Part shown: piece after piece, positions 1-12,800 of the stretch | Layout: the number at the start of each line of letters is the position of its first letter | Position numbering within the stretch: position 1 is the first letter of the stretch | Assembly: GCF_001194135.2 (NCBI RefSeq) | Contig: NC_068987.1 | Coordinates: forward strand, 67,067,332 to 67,111,793 | DNA: 44,462 nt | From: Octopus bimaculoides | Taxonomy: Eukaryota | Direction: 5' to 3' | The notes under the pieces: model-generated | Told to the model about the DNA's origin: nothing | Seen by the model: the letters and a program-made list of their open reading frames with translations, nothing else | Databases searched by the model: none | Position numbers and translations under genes: made by a program

Positions 1-275
1 CGGCAAGCCAAGTGAGATCGTTGCCAGTGCCCCTGGACTGGCTCTTGTGCGGGTGGCACATAAAAGACACCATTTCGAGCGTGGCCATTTTCGTGCGGGT
101 GACACGTAAAAGCACCCACTACACTCTCTGAGTGGTTGGCGTTAGGAAGGGCATCCAGCTGTAGAAACTCTGCCAAATTAGATTGGAGCCTGGTGTTGCC
201 ATCCGATTCCACCAGTCCTCAATCAAATCGTCCAACCCATGCTAGCATGGAAAGCGGACGTTAAACGATGATGAT
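1..275 (+). mobile_element. SINE-like family E copy, 5'-truncated by the window edge
   Basis: Core ggttggcgttaggaagggcatccagctgtagaaa and tail acccatgctagcatggaaagcggacgttaaac(gat)n recur at about 11030, 11800, 21000 (-), 22000 and 2300 (-). Confidence 0.85.
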
Positions 276-1054
276 ATATGACAAACACGAACACACAAAC
301 ATACATACATATATATCATCATCATCATCATCGTTAAACGACGATGATGATGATGATGATGATATATATGTATGTATGTTTGTGTGTTCGTGTTTGTCCC
401 CCCCCACCACCATCACTTGACAAATGATATTGGTGTGTTTACGGGCCCGTAGCTTAGCGCTTTGGCAAAAGAGCCCGATAGAATTAAGTACTAGGCTTAC
501 AAAGAATTAGTCCTGGGGTCGATTTGTTCTACTAAAGATGGTGCTCCAGCTTGGCTGCAGTCAAATAACTATAACAAGTAAATAAATAATATATATCTAT
601 ATATATATACACAGAGAGAGAGAAAGAGGGAGAGCATGCAAAAAGTACGTTCATCTATTTTCAAAAGCATTCCAACCACAACCATCTTAACTATTTTTTT
701 AAGTGTTTCATCTGTGATCACCCAGCCTTTTAAAAATATGTCAGCTGTGACCATCCATGACCGTCCAGTCTTTTGCAAAAAGCATTTCGACCATGACCAC
801 CCTGCTTTTTGTTTTGTTTTTTTTCTGTCCTTGGTCAGTTCTGAGCCAGCAGACTTATGGATTAAACTGCTGGTAAGAAGTTTGCTTCCCAACTGCATGG
901 TCCTGAGTTCAATCCTGCTGTGTGGTACCTTGGGCCAGGTTTAGCCATGAGTTAATCAAAGCCTTGCAAATGGATTTAGTAGATGGAAACAAAAATAAGC
1001 CTGTTGTATGTGTGTGTGTGCATATTCAATGTCTGTGGACCACACCTAACACTC

Positions 1055-1125
<71 letters not shown>
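1055..1125. repeat. (TA)n microsatellite
   Basis: Direct reading. Confidence 0.98.
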
Positions 1126-1126
<1 letters not shown>

Positions 1127-1127
<1 letters not shown>

Positions 1128-1464
1128 TGAGACCCTCTTCGGTCATGACTAACCATGAGATTGCACCTAGAAATTTACCCTCCCAAGTACAAGTTCGAGC
1201 AAGGTTGTTTATGGAAGACCAGCAGTCGCCCATGCATACTGGTCTCCCCTCTCCACGCCACTGATATTATCCAAGGGAAAGGCAAGGGCCAATACAGCTT
1301 GGCACCTGTGACGTCGCAACTCATTTCTACAGCTGAGTGAACTGGAGCAACGTGAAATACAATATCTTGCTCAAGAACACAACACGCAGCCTGGTCCAGG
1401 ATTCAAACTCACAGCCTCACGATCGTAAGCTCAATGCTCTAACCACTGAGCCATGCACCTTCAC
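1127..1464 (-). mobile_element. tRNA-derived SINE family F
   Basis: Minus-strand head with A box TGGCTCAGTGG and B-box-like GAGTTTGAATCC; second copy at 22385-22719. Confidence 0.85.
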
Positions 1465-2270
1465 ACACACACACACANNNNNNNNNNCTCAATGCTCTAA
1501 CCACTGAGCCATGCACCTTCACACACACACACACACACACACACATGTGTGTGTGTGTGTGCGCACGCGAGTCTTCACGTTTGTGCTTGTCCCCTACTAC
1601 TGCTTGACAACTGGTGTTGGGTTGTTTATGTCCCTGTAACTTAGTGATTCAGCAAAAGAGACTGATAGGAAAAGTACCAGACTTTAAAAAGCAAAAACTA
1701 AGTACTGAGATAAATTTGTTTGATTAAAATTCTTCAAGGAGGTGCCCCAGCATGGCCACAATTGAATGATCAAAACAAATAAAGGATAAAAAGATAAGGC
1801 ATGCTACTCCTCTTATATTTTTCAGGTATAGTGCACCCTTGACTAATTGTTAAATGAGCCCCCTTTTTTTAAACAAGAAAAAAAAAGTGGTAGTGTCACT
1901 AGTATGGATGCCCTTTTACATGTCACTGGCATAGGGTTCTTTTATATGTCCATGGCACAGGTGCCCTTTCATGTGTCACTGGCATGAGTGCTTTTTACAT
2001 GTCACTGGCACTAGCAATGACCATGATTCACTTAAAAAAGATGAGATGGTCATGTCTGGAATGTTGATGACTGACCATGATTGCAATGTTCTTAAAAAAA
2101 AATACTGGATGGTCATAGTTAGAAAGCACAAAAAGAGTAGCTAACCTTAACTATGCTTTTATAAAAAAAGACAGTTGTTCCAGTCTGATTACTTTTTAAA
2201 GATAGGATAGTCTCATAACACACTAGCATTGCATAATGTAGTCTGAGGTACAAAATATTCACATCATCAT

Positions 2271-2289
<19 letters not shown>

Positions 2290-2301
<12 letters not shown>

Positions 2302-2835
2302 AGCATTTTGCATCTGTTTTCCATGCTAGCATGGATTAAACAGTTTGACTGGGACTGGTAAGCTGGAGAGCTGCACCAGGCTTCAGTCGTCTGTTTTTGC
2401 TTGGTTTCTATGGCTGGATGCCCCTCCTAACACCAACCACTTTACAGAGTGTACTGGGTGTCTTTTATGGGTCACCAGCATGAGTGCCCTTCCATGTGTC
2501 ACTGGCACAGTTGTCCTTTTATGTGTCACCCACATGGGTGCCCTTTTATGTGTCACCAGCACAGGTGCCCCTTCCATGTGTCACCGGAACAGGTGCCCCT
2601 TCTATGTGTCATTGGCACGGTTGCCCTTTTATGTATCACTGGCACAGTTGCCGCCCTTTTACATGTCACTGGCATGGGTTCCTTTAATGTGTCACTGGCA
2701 CAGATGCCCTTTGATGTGTCACTGGCACAGATGCCCTTTGATGTGTCACTGGCACAGATGCCCTTTCATGTGTCACTGGCACAAGTGCTTTTTATGTGTC
2801 ACTGGCACTAGCAATGATCATGATTCACTTAACTT
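2290..2835 (-). mobile_element. Family E copy carrying an expanded 27-bp minisatellite
   Basis: ttttccatgctagcatgg tail and ggatgcccctcctaacaccaacc core on the minus strand, followed by the array. Confidence 0.75.
2459..2809. repeat. 27-bp minisatellite, about 13 units (tgcccttttatgtgtcactggcacagg)
   Basis: Units 2704-2730 and 2731-2757 are identical; a 4-unit sister array lies at about 1905-2011. Confidence 0.9.
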
Positions 2836-3606
2836 GACTGTCTTCTCAAGCACAGCAAATCACCAGAAATCTCGGTCACTTGTCATTGCCTTCCTGAGAC
2901 TCAACAACCGCATATTGTATTTCACCACCTCATCCCATGTCTTCCTGGGTCTCAAAATAAAAATAAAATAAAATAAAAGGATCAAAATTATTATTGCTAG
3001 AATACTTTTGCTCAGTTCTGCTCAGACATTGCTGACTTTGTATTAAACAACAACTGTATTTAACACCTTGCCAAAAAAGTTTGTCTTTCTCCTCCTGAAT
3101 TTCAAATTAATAACACTCCTTTTTCTTGAGAAACATACATAACAGAGTGACTATATAAAATAAACAAAGACTCTCACTATCAAATCGAATTATATTACAA
3201 TATATTGTCATCTAGTTTAAGGTCTGATAATCAGCCTCAAGTAACTATATTAAAATTCATTACATTAAAAAGAGAAAAAGTTCTCACAAGCACATGCATC
3301 ATCATCATTGATGTCATCAGTTTTTTGCTTGTACTTTTCCTTTTGTTAGTTTGCTTTGAGCATATTAATAAAAGCACAAAAAATTATTCATTTGGGGCGA
3401 GCTGGTAGATTTGTTAGTGTGTCGAACAAAATGCTCAGCTGCATTTTTTTTCTAGTTGTACATGTCGAGTTCAAATCCAGCTATGGTCTACTTTGCTTTA
3501 CATCCTTTCAGGGTCAATAAAATATAGCATAAATCAAGTACTGGGGTATACTATCTCCTAGATAGTAGTGGTGGCTTTGTACCAAAATTTGAAGTTTCCA
3601 TACTGT

Positions 3607-3843
3607 TTCTTATTTCTTTATTGCCCACAAAGGGCTAAACATAGAGAGAACAAATAAGGACAGACAGAGGGATTAAGTCAATTACATCGACCACAGTGCG
3701 TAACTGGTACTTTATTTATCGACCCCGAAAGGATGAAAGGCAAAGTCGATCTCGGCGGAATTTGAACTCAGAATGTAACGGCAAACGAAATACCACTAAG
3801 CATTTCGCCCGGCGTACTAACGTTTCTGCCAGCTCCCCACCTT
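3607..3843 (-). mobile_element. tRNA-derived SINE family A (young copy)
   Basis: Minus-strand head gagctggcagaaacgttag...GAGTTCAAATTCC; highly similar to 37482-37710. Confidence 0.88.
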
Positions 3844-4448
3844 TAACATACTGTTTCCATATTGTTTCTGTCTATCAAATTTCATTCATGGCCTAAATTA
3901 ATTTGAGCCTGTAGTAGAGGGCTCTTGATCAAAGTTCCACACAGTAGGACTGAACTATAATACCACACCTTTACCTATATAACTGATATAGTCTTGTTAG
4001 AATCCACATCTCAGTGCAGCATTTACTATTTTTCATTCACTAGGACTGTCGATTCAAGTCTATCCATATGAACTTTTGAGCAAATAAATACACAAAGACA
4101 GATTGGATATGTAGGCGCTTTCCTTTCATCCACATTTCACAGAAATTATAGGGTTGTCTATTAATAATAAAAAACCAATGTTGTGTTTTGGTTTACAAAA
4201 TATTTACTGTAAGCCCATAATGATGTAACACTCCTTTCAACTTAAGAATTCATTCATTGTATTAACATACATGGGAATCTACTTATTGTATTCATAGATT
4301 ATGTTACCAAATAGTTATTGTTATCAAAATTAGTGGTTTCAAGCATACTCAGGGTATTGTTATGTTCTTTGTTTGAGGTTATCAACTAGTTATGGTTATT
4401 CAAAATAAAGCTCTGTCCCAAAGTGTTCACAATATGATGCTTTCACTG

Positions 4449-4660
4449 TAAGGTGGTGATCTGGCAGAATTGTTTGCATGCTAGGTGAAATACTTGTAGG
4501 CATTTCATCTGTCTACATTCTGAGTTCAAATTCCACCAAGGTCGGCTTTGCCTTTTATCTTTTCGGGGTTGATGAAATAAGTACCAGCTGAACTCAGGTC
4601 GATGTAATCAGCTTATCCGCTCGACTGAAATTGCTGGCCTTGTTCTAAAATTTGGAACCA
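4449..4660 (+). mobile_element. SINE family A copy
   Basis: ctggcagaattg...ctgagttcaaattccaccaaggtcggctttgcc...taagtaccag. Confidence 0.8.
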
Positions 4661-5404
4661 ATATGATATCTTCATTGTATATTTAATTTGGCTTGTAAAT
4701 AAGTTTGCAGTTAGTTATAACTGCAAGAGAGATAACAAGACAGACAAAATGAGGGTTTGTAAGTTTCAGCTAGTTGAGTTGATGGGTCTAATTCAGCTTC
4801 AGTGTGGTCACCCAGTCTGTTTACACATCACACAATATCTCTCTGTTGGACCAAGTTCTATGAGGGAAAATTATACTAAAGTGAATTAGGTTGAAACATT
4901 GCATCTGGTGAGTCACTGGCCTTTTAACACTTCACTCACTTTGAGATGTTTCTTTGAGACAAAATATTACAGCTAATCATCACCATCATCATCATCATCA
5001 TTTAGCATCCGTTTTCCATACTAGCATGGGTTAGATGGTTTGACTGGAACTGATAACCCATAGAGCTGTACCAGGTCTTCACTCTTTGACTTACCAGTCA
5101 AACCATCTAATCCTAATGCCATTCCATCACCTTAATGTCCACGTTTCCATACTATTAGATAGAAATTGTTGAGGCAGATTTCTGATGGTCAGATACATTT
5201 CCTGTTTCCAAGCAAGGTAATGTTCTTCAGTGTTTACAGTAGATGACACCAGCCAAGTGTCCAGTTAGTGGCAGTGAACCCCAAACCACATGGCTTTGAA
5301 CTGAACTTTTTAATCAAACAGCCATGCTTCAGGCAAATTGAGATACTGCATTCTTTATTTCGTATTACTTTCTCTTATGTGTAAAATGGTCTCTTCTGAA
5401 ACAT

Positions 5405-6325
5405 TGACATGGCTGTGTGGTAAGAAGTTTGCTTCTCAGTGTCATGGTTCCGTGTTTGGTTCTATTGCATGGCAACATAGGTAAGTGTTTTCTGCTATTG
5501 TCTTGGGCCAACTAAGGCCTTGTGAATGAATTTGATAGATGGAAGCTAAAAGGTGTTTGTTGTATACAGTAATGCTCGATATATGAGTTAACTTGATCTT
5601 GGAGACTGCTCGTAAAGTGAAAACTTGTAAAGCAGAGGAATAATTTCCCATAGTAGCAATGTTATAAATCATAATTTGTTCTCACAAAAATATTTTACCT
5701 ATAAAATTTATAATACTTGTAAATAAATGGCAATAAAACAACAATAGAATGTAAAGAATATTCTATGTAGAGTAAAGGGAATGTCAAGATCTTTTATAAT
5801 AAAAAATATTATTATTATCATCTTTTACTGAATCACTTTCACTCACACTAGACTCGCTCACATCATCACTTGTAGACGCGTTTGCCAATTCACAAGCACT
5901 AGTAGGCGAAGTTGTAAATTTCTTTTTAAAAAAAACTAGTTTCGAGTTGCTTGCTTAGAGGAAGCATTTTTTCGCTCTCTATAAATTTCTCAGTTACACG
6001 CAGATGCATTTGTTACGGTAGTAGAAACCTTTGCACTTCATTCAAAATTTGGATCTTGTACATGAAAAATAAAACTTGTAAACCTGGGGTCTCGTAAAGT
6101 GGATCCTTGTAAAGTGAGGTATCACTGTATTTATATTTCTATGTATATATCTATGAGTGTGTTTGACCCTTCACCACTGCTTCATAACTGGTGTTGATTT
6201 GTCTACATATCCCTTAATTTAGTAGTTTGACATTAGAGATCATTGTCAATTCATTCAACAAAAACACCCCAGAGCAGTGTCAGCATGGCTGCAGTCTAAT
6301 GACTGTAACACATTAAAAATAAAGC
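5405..6325 (+). mobile_element. SINE family B copy interrupted by a Tigger-like MITE
   Basis: 5' half at 5405-5566; the 3' half resumes after 6129. Confidence 0.65.
5567..6127. mobile_element. Tigger/pogo-like (Tc1/mariner superfamily) MITE
   Basis: TA|CAGTAATGCTCG...GAGGTATCACTG|TA; degenerate TIRs; subterminal ct(c/t)gtaaa repeats near both ends. Confidence 0.65.
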
Positions 6326-6945
6326 ACAAATTACTTCTGTATATGAGTCGACATAACAAGATGTTGCTTGATGTAATTTTTTCACTTATTCAATGAAATA
6401 AAGTCTTTTGACTGAATTTGTTGATTTTTCTATCAAGTAACAGATGGCATTTTAAAATTACAGCCTCCTGTACCATTTGTATATTTATAGTTATCTTAAC
6501 TGAAAAACGTCACTTGTGACCAGCTGTAGCCATTCCATGGCCAGAATTGCAAGAGATACAAATAGGTGGCTTTAACAAATACTAAAGTTAACAAGTTTAG
6601 AATAAGAGAACAAAGAAGCCGAAGTAAAATATTGATTTTTTTTTTTTGTTTAATTTTTCGTATAAATTTTGAAAAAGAAAATAAAATTTTCAAAAGCTTG
6701 AATTTGATTATCTTCCTGGTTTGCTTGTTCATTCAATTATGCCCTGTTTATAATAAAACCATATGTTAAATATTTATTATATCATACCTTGATACTCTAT
6801 GGACTAAGATCTCTGTTGACAGGCTGCTGGTATTTATAGAGTGTTAAACACTTTTGGTATGCAAATTAGGAACTCCTTCATAGGGTAACTACTGCAGTTG
6901 TTGCCTATACAAACAGTTTGGCTGCTTGTTTCTCTGGAGTCTGTC

Positions 6946-7015
6946 AAAATGATGAGAATGCTTCTGATGAGAACCCAATAAGGTTTGAAAATCAGTTAAG
7001 GTTGTTCATCGTTTT
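6946..7015 (+). ncRNA. Type I hammerhead ribozyme motif with intact core, intronic and sense to SLC35B3
   Basis: aaaat-gatgag-aat-gctt CTGATGA gaacc caataa ggttt GAAA a tcag t TA aggt-tg-ttcatc-gtttt. Stems I, II and a 2-bp stem III are formable, several via G-U pairs. Confidence 0.65.
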
Positions 7016-7861
7016 TTTTCTGTCTGCGGAGAAATGGCTAAAATTTGCCCTGTTTTATAATTATTCCATATGTCACATACATACATACATACATCCATCC
7101 ATACGTACATACATACATACATACATACATAAACATACACACATGGATCCTGGGGTCAATTTGTTTGACTAAAACTTAAGGTAGTGCTCCAGTATGATTG
7201 CAGTTAAATGACTAAAACAAATAAAAGAATAAAGAATGTGTGTGTGTGTGCAAATGTTTGTACCGTGTTGTCTTGATGTCATGTGACAGTTCTGAGATGA
7301 TTGTCAGTGTCATAAGCAGTATCGTTTATTTCCAATATTCTTTAAGAAAATGTCTAACCATGGAGAAATATTGCTTAACTTGGAAACAGGTGAGGGTTGG
7401 CTACAAGAAGGGCATCTGACCATAGAAAATCTGCCTCACTAATCTTTGTCGGACCCATGAAAACATGAGCATGATGATGTGTGTGTGTGTGTGCATGTGT
7501 AAATGTATGTGTACATGTGTGTATACACACACACACATCCTTGTGCATATATGTGTAAGTATATATGTATACAGAGAGAAGTGTGTATGTGCATGTATAT
7601 CCTGTTCACATGTTTTTTAGTGATCCCCATACTTATTTTAGTATGATACTTATTTCATTGATTGCTTCTTATGGATGCATGCACACACATGCATGTGCAG
7701 AAACAAACATGCACACACATTTACTTATATGTACATGATATACTTCTGCTCGGTTTGCAGTTTTTAAATACCACTGCACATCACCTTGGATAATAAATGT
7801 AGCCTTAGATGGACTCAGAAAGCATGAGTCCATCCAAAGCTACATTTACCCAAAGTAGCAT

Positions 7862-8262
7862 TATTCATTTTCTTCGCTTCAGTTGTCAGACTGCAGCCAT
7901 GCTTTGGCCCCCACCTGGAAGAATTTGAGCTGAACAAATCAATCCCAGTACTAATTCTTTTATTTTTTCAATGTCAGGTACTTATTGTATCCTATTCTTT
8001 TGCAGAACTGCTAAGTTACAAGACCGTAAACACATCAACGCCAGTTGTCAAGCAGTGGTGGGGGACAGAGACAAAGGCACACACACACATACACACACAC
8101 ACATACGCATGACTAGCTTCTTTCAGTTTCCCTCTACAGATTCACTCACTAGGCTTTGGTTGGTTATAACTATAGTAGAAGACAAGTAACCAAGCTGCCA
8201 CACGGTGGGACTGAACCCAGAACCATGTGACTGGTAATCAAGCCTTTTATCACGCATCCACA
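7862..8262 (-). mobile_element. SINE family B copy (older)
   Basis: Colinear, diverged reverse complement of 9096-9472. Confidence 0.75.
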
Positions 8263-9095
8263 GCTATATGCTGTGGATTCAAACATGGAACCATTGTTTG
8301 TAAAGCAAACTTTTCTTCTTGCTTGTTGTGTGTGTGTGTGTGTGTGTATACAAAATGTAAAGGAACAAGGGGAGTCCGGGCAGGTACCTTATTAACATTC
8401 TGATACAATCCAGATCTGGTTAGCCTCACTGAATAATAGGGAACATACAGAATTGTTTGAGATAAACAACTAAACCCTGAGTTCACTTTACTGGATTTCA
8501 TACAGCATACAGAGTATATAATCAAGACATCATAAAGCAAAATGGAGAATTATACACCTTCAGAACTTATTTATTAAAGATTTATTCTCATCAAATTCCA
8601 ATCCGACATGTGTTTCTGCTAGATAAATGGACAAGCTCATCTAAAGAAGTTATATTAGCTACTAGAAAGTCCATAATTGAATTTGAAGGAAAATACTGGA
8701 TAAAGAAAGTTAGACTTGATCAGTTTGACATTATTATGGGCTTCAGCAATTCCACTGTACCCATAAATGAGCTTAATGGGTAAATCCAGGATTAACGTTC
8801 AAATGAAATTATATATGTAGGCAAGGCCGAGTGTTAAGAATCGTGCTTTACCATCAAGTGGTTTCAAGAAGCTTAGTGTCACAGCTTGACACTTGGAGCA
8901 AGTGTCTTCTACTATATAGTTCCAAGCTGACCAAAGCCTTGTAAGTGAATTTAGTAGACAGGAGCTGAAAACTTTCTCACCATGTATTTGTGTGTGTGCA
9001 TTTATGTTTCTCCTTGTCTTGATATCGCATTATAATTGCAAACAAACATCTTTGTCACCCAAGCTGTTTCATTTGTATGAAAACTTGTGAACTAT

Positions 9096-9472
9096 AGGTG
9101 CAGAAGTTGGTGTGTGGTAGGAAGCTTGCTTCCCAACTACATGGTTTCAGGTTCAGTCCCACTGCGTGGCACCTTAGGCAAGTGTCTTCTACTATAGCCT
9201 CGGGCCGACCAAAGTGTTGTGAGTAGATTTGGTAGACAGAAACTGAAAGAAGCCTGTCGTATGTGTGTGTGTATGTATTTGTGTCTGTGTCATCACTTGA
9301 CAACCGATGTTGGTGTGTTTACATCCCCATAACTTGGCAGTTTGACAAAAGAGACTGATAGAATAAGTACTGGGCTTACAAAGAATAAGTCCTAGGGTCG
9401 ATTTGTTTAACTGAAGGCAGTGCTCCAACATGACTGCAGTCAAATGACTGAAACAAGTAAAAGAATAAAAGA
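9096..9472 (+). mobile_element. tRNA-derived SINE family B, near full length, with internal (TG)n
   Basis: Head tgtgtggtaggaagcttgcttcccaac...ggttcagtccc; tail cagtcaaatgactgaaacaagtaaaagaat; many partial copies in the window. Confidence 0.85.
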
Positions 9473-9686
9473 TACTATTACCTTACTTGGAAACAGGTGA
9501 GGTTAACAACAAGAGTGTCCATCCAGTTTTAGAAAATCTGCCTCAACAAATTTTATCTGACCCATAAAACGCCTGGAATAGTGTACATTAAAATGATAAA
9601 TATGTATGTATGTATGTATGCATGTGTGTATCTCTATCTGACTGTCTATCTCTCTCTGTCTAAATGTATATGTTTATTTTTTTCAG

Positions 9687-9808
9687 GAACTTATCTTTAG
9701 ATTAGATGGCTTTCGTCCGTTTGGTTGGTACCTTACATTATTGCAATTTGCTTGGTATAGCTTCTTCGGTATTGTGGAATCTCACTGGAAAAAGGAAGAC
9801 GCACGGAA
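9687..9808 (+). CDS. SLC35B3: SLC35B3 first visible exon (ELIFRLDGFRPFGWYLTLLQFAWYSFFGIVESHWKKEDAR)
   Basis: Acceptor ttttttcag|GAA, donor AA|gtaagt; 122 nt, ends in phase 2. Confidence 0.93.
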
Positions 9809-12800
9809 GTAAGTGGCAAACTATTACACTTGGAATTTGTAGAGACTGTATTATTTGATTTTCATGCTTGCACATTCACGATGTAGCCAAAATTACAACT
9901 TACAATATAGCCTTGCTCTGCAAAACTAGAAAATGCTTCTGCTCTGGTTAATTGCTTACTCACTACAAAGTTCAAGTAAACGAAAATTTAGTCTCTTTAA
10001 ACAGACAATTAACTAACTTCACTCCTGTCCATGTAGTTATAAGCAAACATTGATATTCTCCCGACACTCTTAGTTTTTGTGAGCAAATATCTGATTGCTG
10101 GAGTGGGAAAATGCTGTAGCATTTAGTGGGATTTGAACTCTGAACGTAAAAAAGCTGCAGCAAATATCATAAAGTCTTTGTTTGATGCTATAAAAATTCT
10201 GTTTTTGTATTTGGTGTGCTGGATTTTTGATGTGAAACCGTTTGTTGAAACAGATTTTGTTGTATGTCTAGAGTAGAGAGGGCATATCTTCAAAGAGGTT
10301 GTAAATGGTGATAAAAGGAGTTTAGCAGACACAACTGATTGATTGATTAACCTAATGATTAAGCAAACAATTGGTTAGTTAGTTGGTTAAATAGGTAACC
10401 AGCTGGTGAATAATGATAAAGAAGTGAAATTGAATCTCTGTGTGTGTTTATTATTTGCAAAATGAACTTTCTGAAGATGCAAACAAATCTGCCAATCTGC
10501 TACCTGTGACTGATATCTTTCATTGATTTCAAAACTATGAAAGGAAAATTTGAACTTGGTGGGATTTGAAATCAGAATTCAAAGAGCTGGACTGAATATC
10601 TCATGGCATTTTGTTGATGGTAATAATTCTGTTTATCCACCACTTTTCAATAGCGCAATGACACAACTTTTGTATAATCGATCATCTTATTGAAAACTGT
10701 CACCTGACCCTTGAGTGCTTTAGCACATGTTATCAGATCTAGTCTCTGACTAGAAGACAACACCTTCTCTTCTTCCTACCAGTCACAGATGGTCTGAAAA
10801 CTGTCATTGACTCTGCCTTTTCTCTTCTGACAGAGCAAAAAAATAAAAAGAGCTGCTAAAGTTTACATTGACAAACTATCTAATACTAATGATTTCTGTT
10901 TAAAGTCAGGTGGTCTGAGGTCTTAAATAGAAATTAAATTTTTTAATGTGTTGGTCATAGAAACATTACAGTGTTAAATTGTAAAATGAGCATAAGCTGT
11001 TCATTTATTGATTCAACTATTTTATATGCATCTTCGAGCGAGATCGTTGCCAGTGCCGCTGGACTGGCTCCCTTGCAGGTGGCATGTAAAAGACACCATT
11101 TTGAGCGTGGCCGTTGCCAGTACCGCCTGACTGGCCTTCGTGCCGGTAGCACATAAAAGCACCCACCACACTCTCGGAGTGGTTGGCGTTAGGAAGGGCA
11201 TCCAGCTGTAGAAACTCTGCCAAATCAGATTGGAGCCTGGTGTAACCACCTGGTTCACCAGTCCTCAGTCAAATCGTCCAACATGCTAGCATGGAAAGTG
11301 GACATTAAATGATGATGATGATGATGATATATGTAAAATAATAATATAATATTTTTTATTGGAACAATTATGCTTACTAAAAGTTTAAACATCTGAGATG
11401 AGTTACCATTAATAAGATAATTTGCAAAGTATTAATCCTATCTTTATTATTATTTGGTGAGCTGCCAGAATCATTAGAGCATTGGACAAAATAACATGTG
11501 CAATTCTTCTGAGTTCAAATTTTGCTGAGGTCAACTTTGCTTTTCCCCGCTAAAATAAGGAACCACCAGTTGATGGTATTGAATTACCCCACCCCACTCA
11601 AATTGCTGACTTTGTGTATTAGAAACCATTATCATCACTGTTTTCATTGTTATTATGTTTATTGATTAAATTCTGATACAATTCTGTACATCCTAAAACC
11701 GAGATTCCACACACACACACACACACACACAGCATTGGTGTGGTAAAAAAACACTGGTGCTGGTGTTAATGTAAAAGCTCCTAGTACACTCTGTAAAGTG
11801 GTTAGTGTTAGGAAGGGTATCCAGCTGTAGAAACCAAGCCAAAACAGACTATGGAACCTGGTGTGGCCCCTGGCTTTGCCAGCTCCTGTCAAGCCATCCG
11901 ACCCATGCCATTAAGGAAAATAGACATTAAATGATGATAATGATAAATGCTTACAGCCAGAAAAGCACTGGAATATTTGGTCCAACCAAATGGTTGTTGC
12001 ATCTTAGTAATGAGTCAAGCAAGATTCGTTTATAAACACCACAGCAATTCACAAAAGTTAGTAGTGGCACTCTTCTGGCAAGAACATATGCTTTCTTTTT
12101 ATAATCGCATATATTTTGAATAGCTCATTGTTTGGTTTAGTTCATTTTTGACTTCTACAGTAGTAATAGTAAGGAATGCTCAATCTAAAACATTAATGCT
12201 TCAAATTCACATGACTCTGATCTTCCTGACATGATTATGTAATAAATCAATTTGCTTTAAGAGATTCAGCAAAATGATGTGTTTTTAATGACTCTTTGAC
12301 TCGTGTGTCTCAGAGTCACTGATGAGGTCACAGAATGTGTGATGAAAGAACTTTGACAGACAAATGAACTAAAAATGATTATAATAAAACCAAAGTGAAG
12401 ATTAAATAAATAGCTCATGTAATTAATTGGCAAAAGACAATCCTCCCTAAGAATAACAGGGTGTGTTTTTAATTTGTTATGAAATAATTTGTAATCACAC
12501 AATCATCTATTGGTTGGCAATGAATTCTAGAAGCATGGTGGGATGTGATATACTTAAAAGTTCCATTAAATGTGTGGTTGTTGAAGAGGTGGAAGAAAAG
12601 GGACAATTGCTGAACCATCCCTGAGGTTCTGTAGTACATAAGCTGCAGGAGGAGCTAAATTTAGTGAGTTTTTCAAATATTTTGGGTGCAAAACCAAAGA
12701 CATATTTTATGAACAATAGAACATATTTTAAGTTTTAATTGAAAATAGACAGGTAACCAATGATCATCATCATTGTCATCATCATCATCATCATCATCAT

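Noticed and set aside
1428-1530. Duplicated SINE head on both sides of a 10-N gap (likewise 14032-14130)
   Set aside because: Identical flanks around 10-N gaps next to microsatellites are typical unmerged contig overlaps.
2345-2971. 208-aa and overlapping Cys/His-rich ORFs
   Set aside because: They are translations of the 27-bp minisatellite and SINE sequence, with no splice context or domain.
1-9686. Upstream SLC35B3 exon ending in a ...YGYLQ-like phase-0 donor
   Set aside because: No CAG|GT site with matching translation was found (e.g. 1823 gives YSSYIFQ); the exon probably lies 5' of the window.
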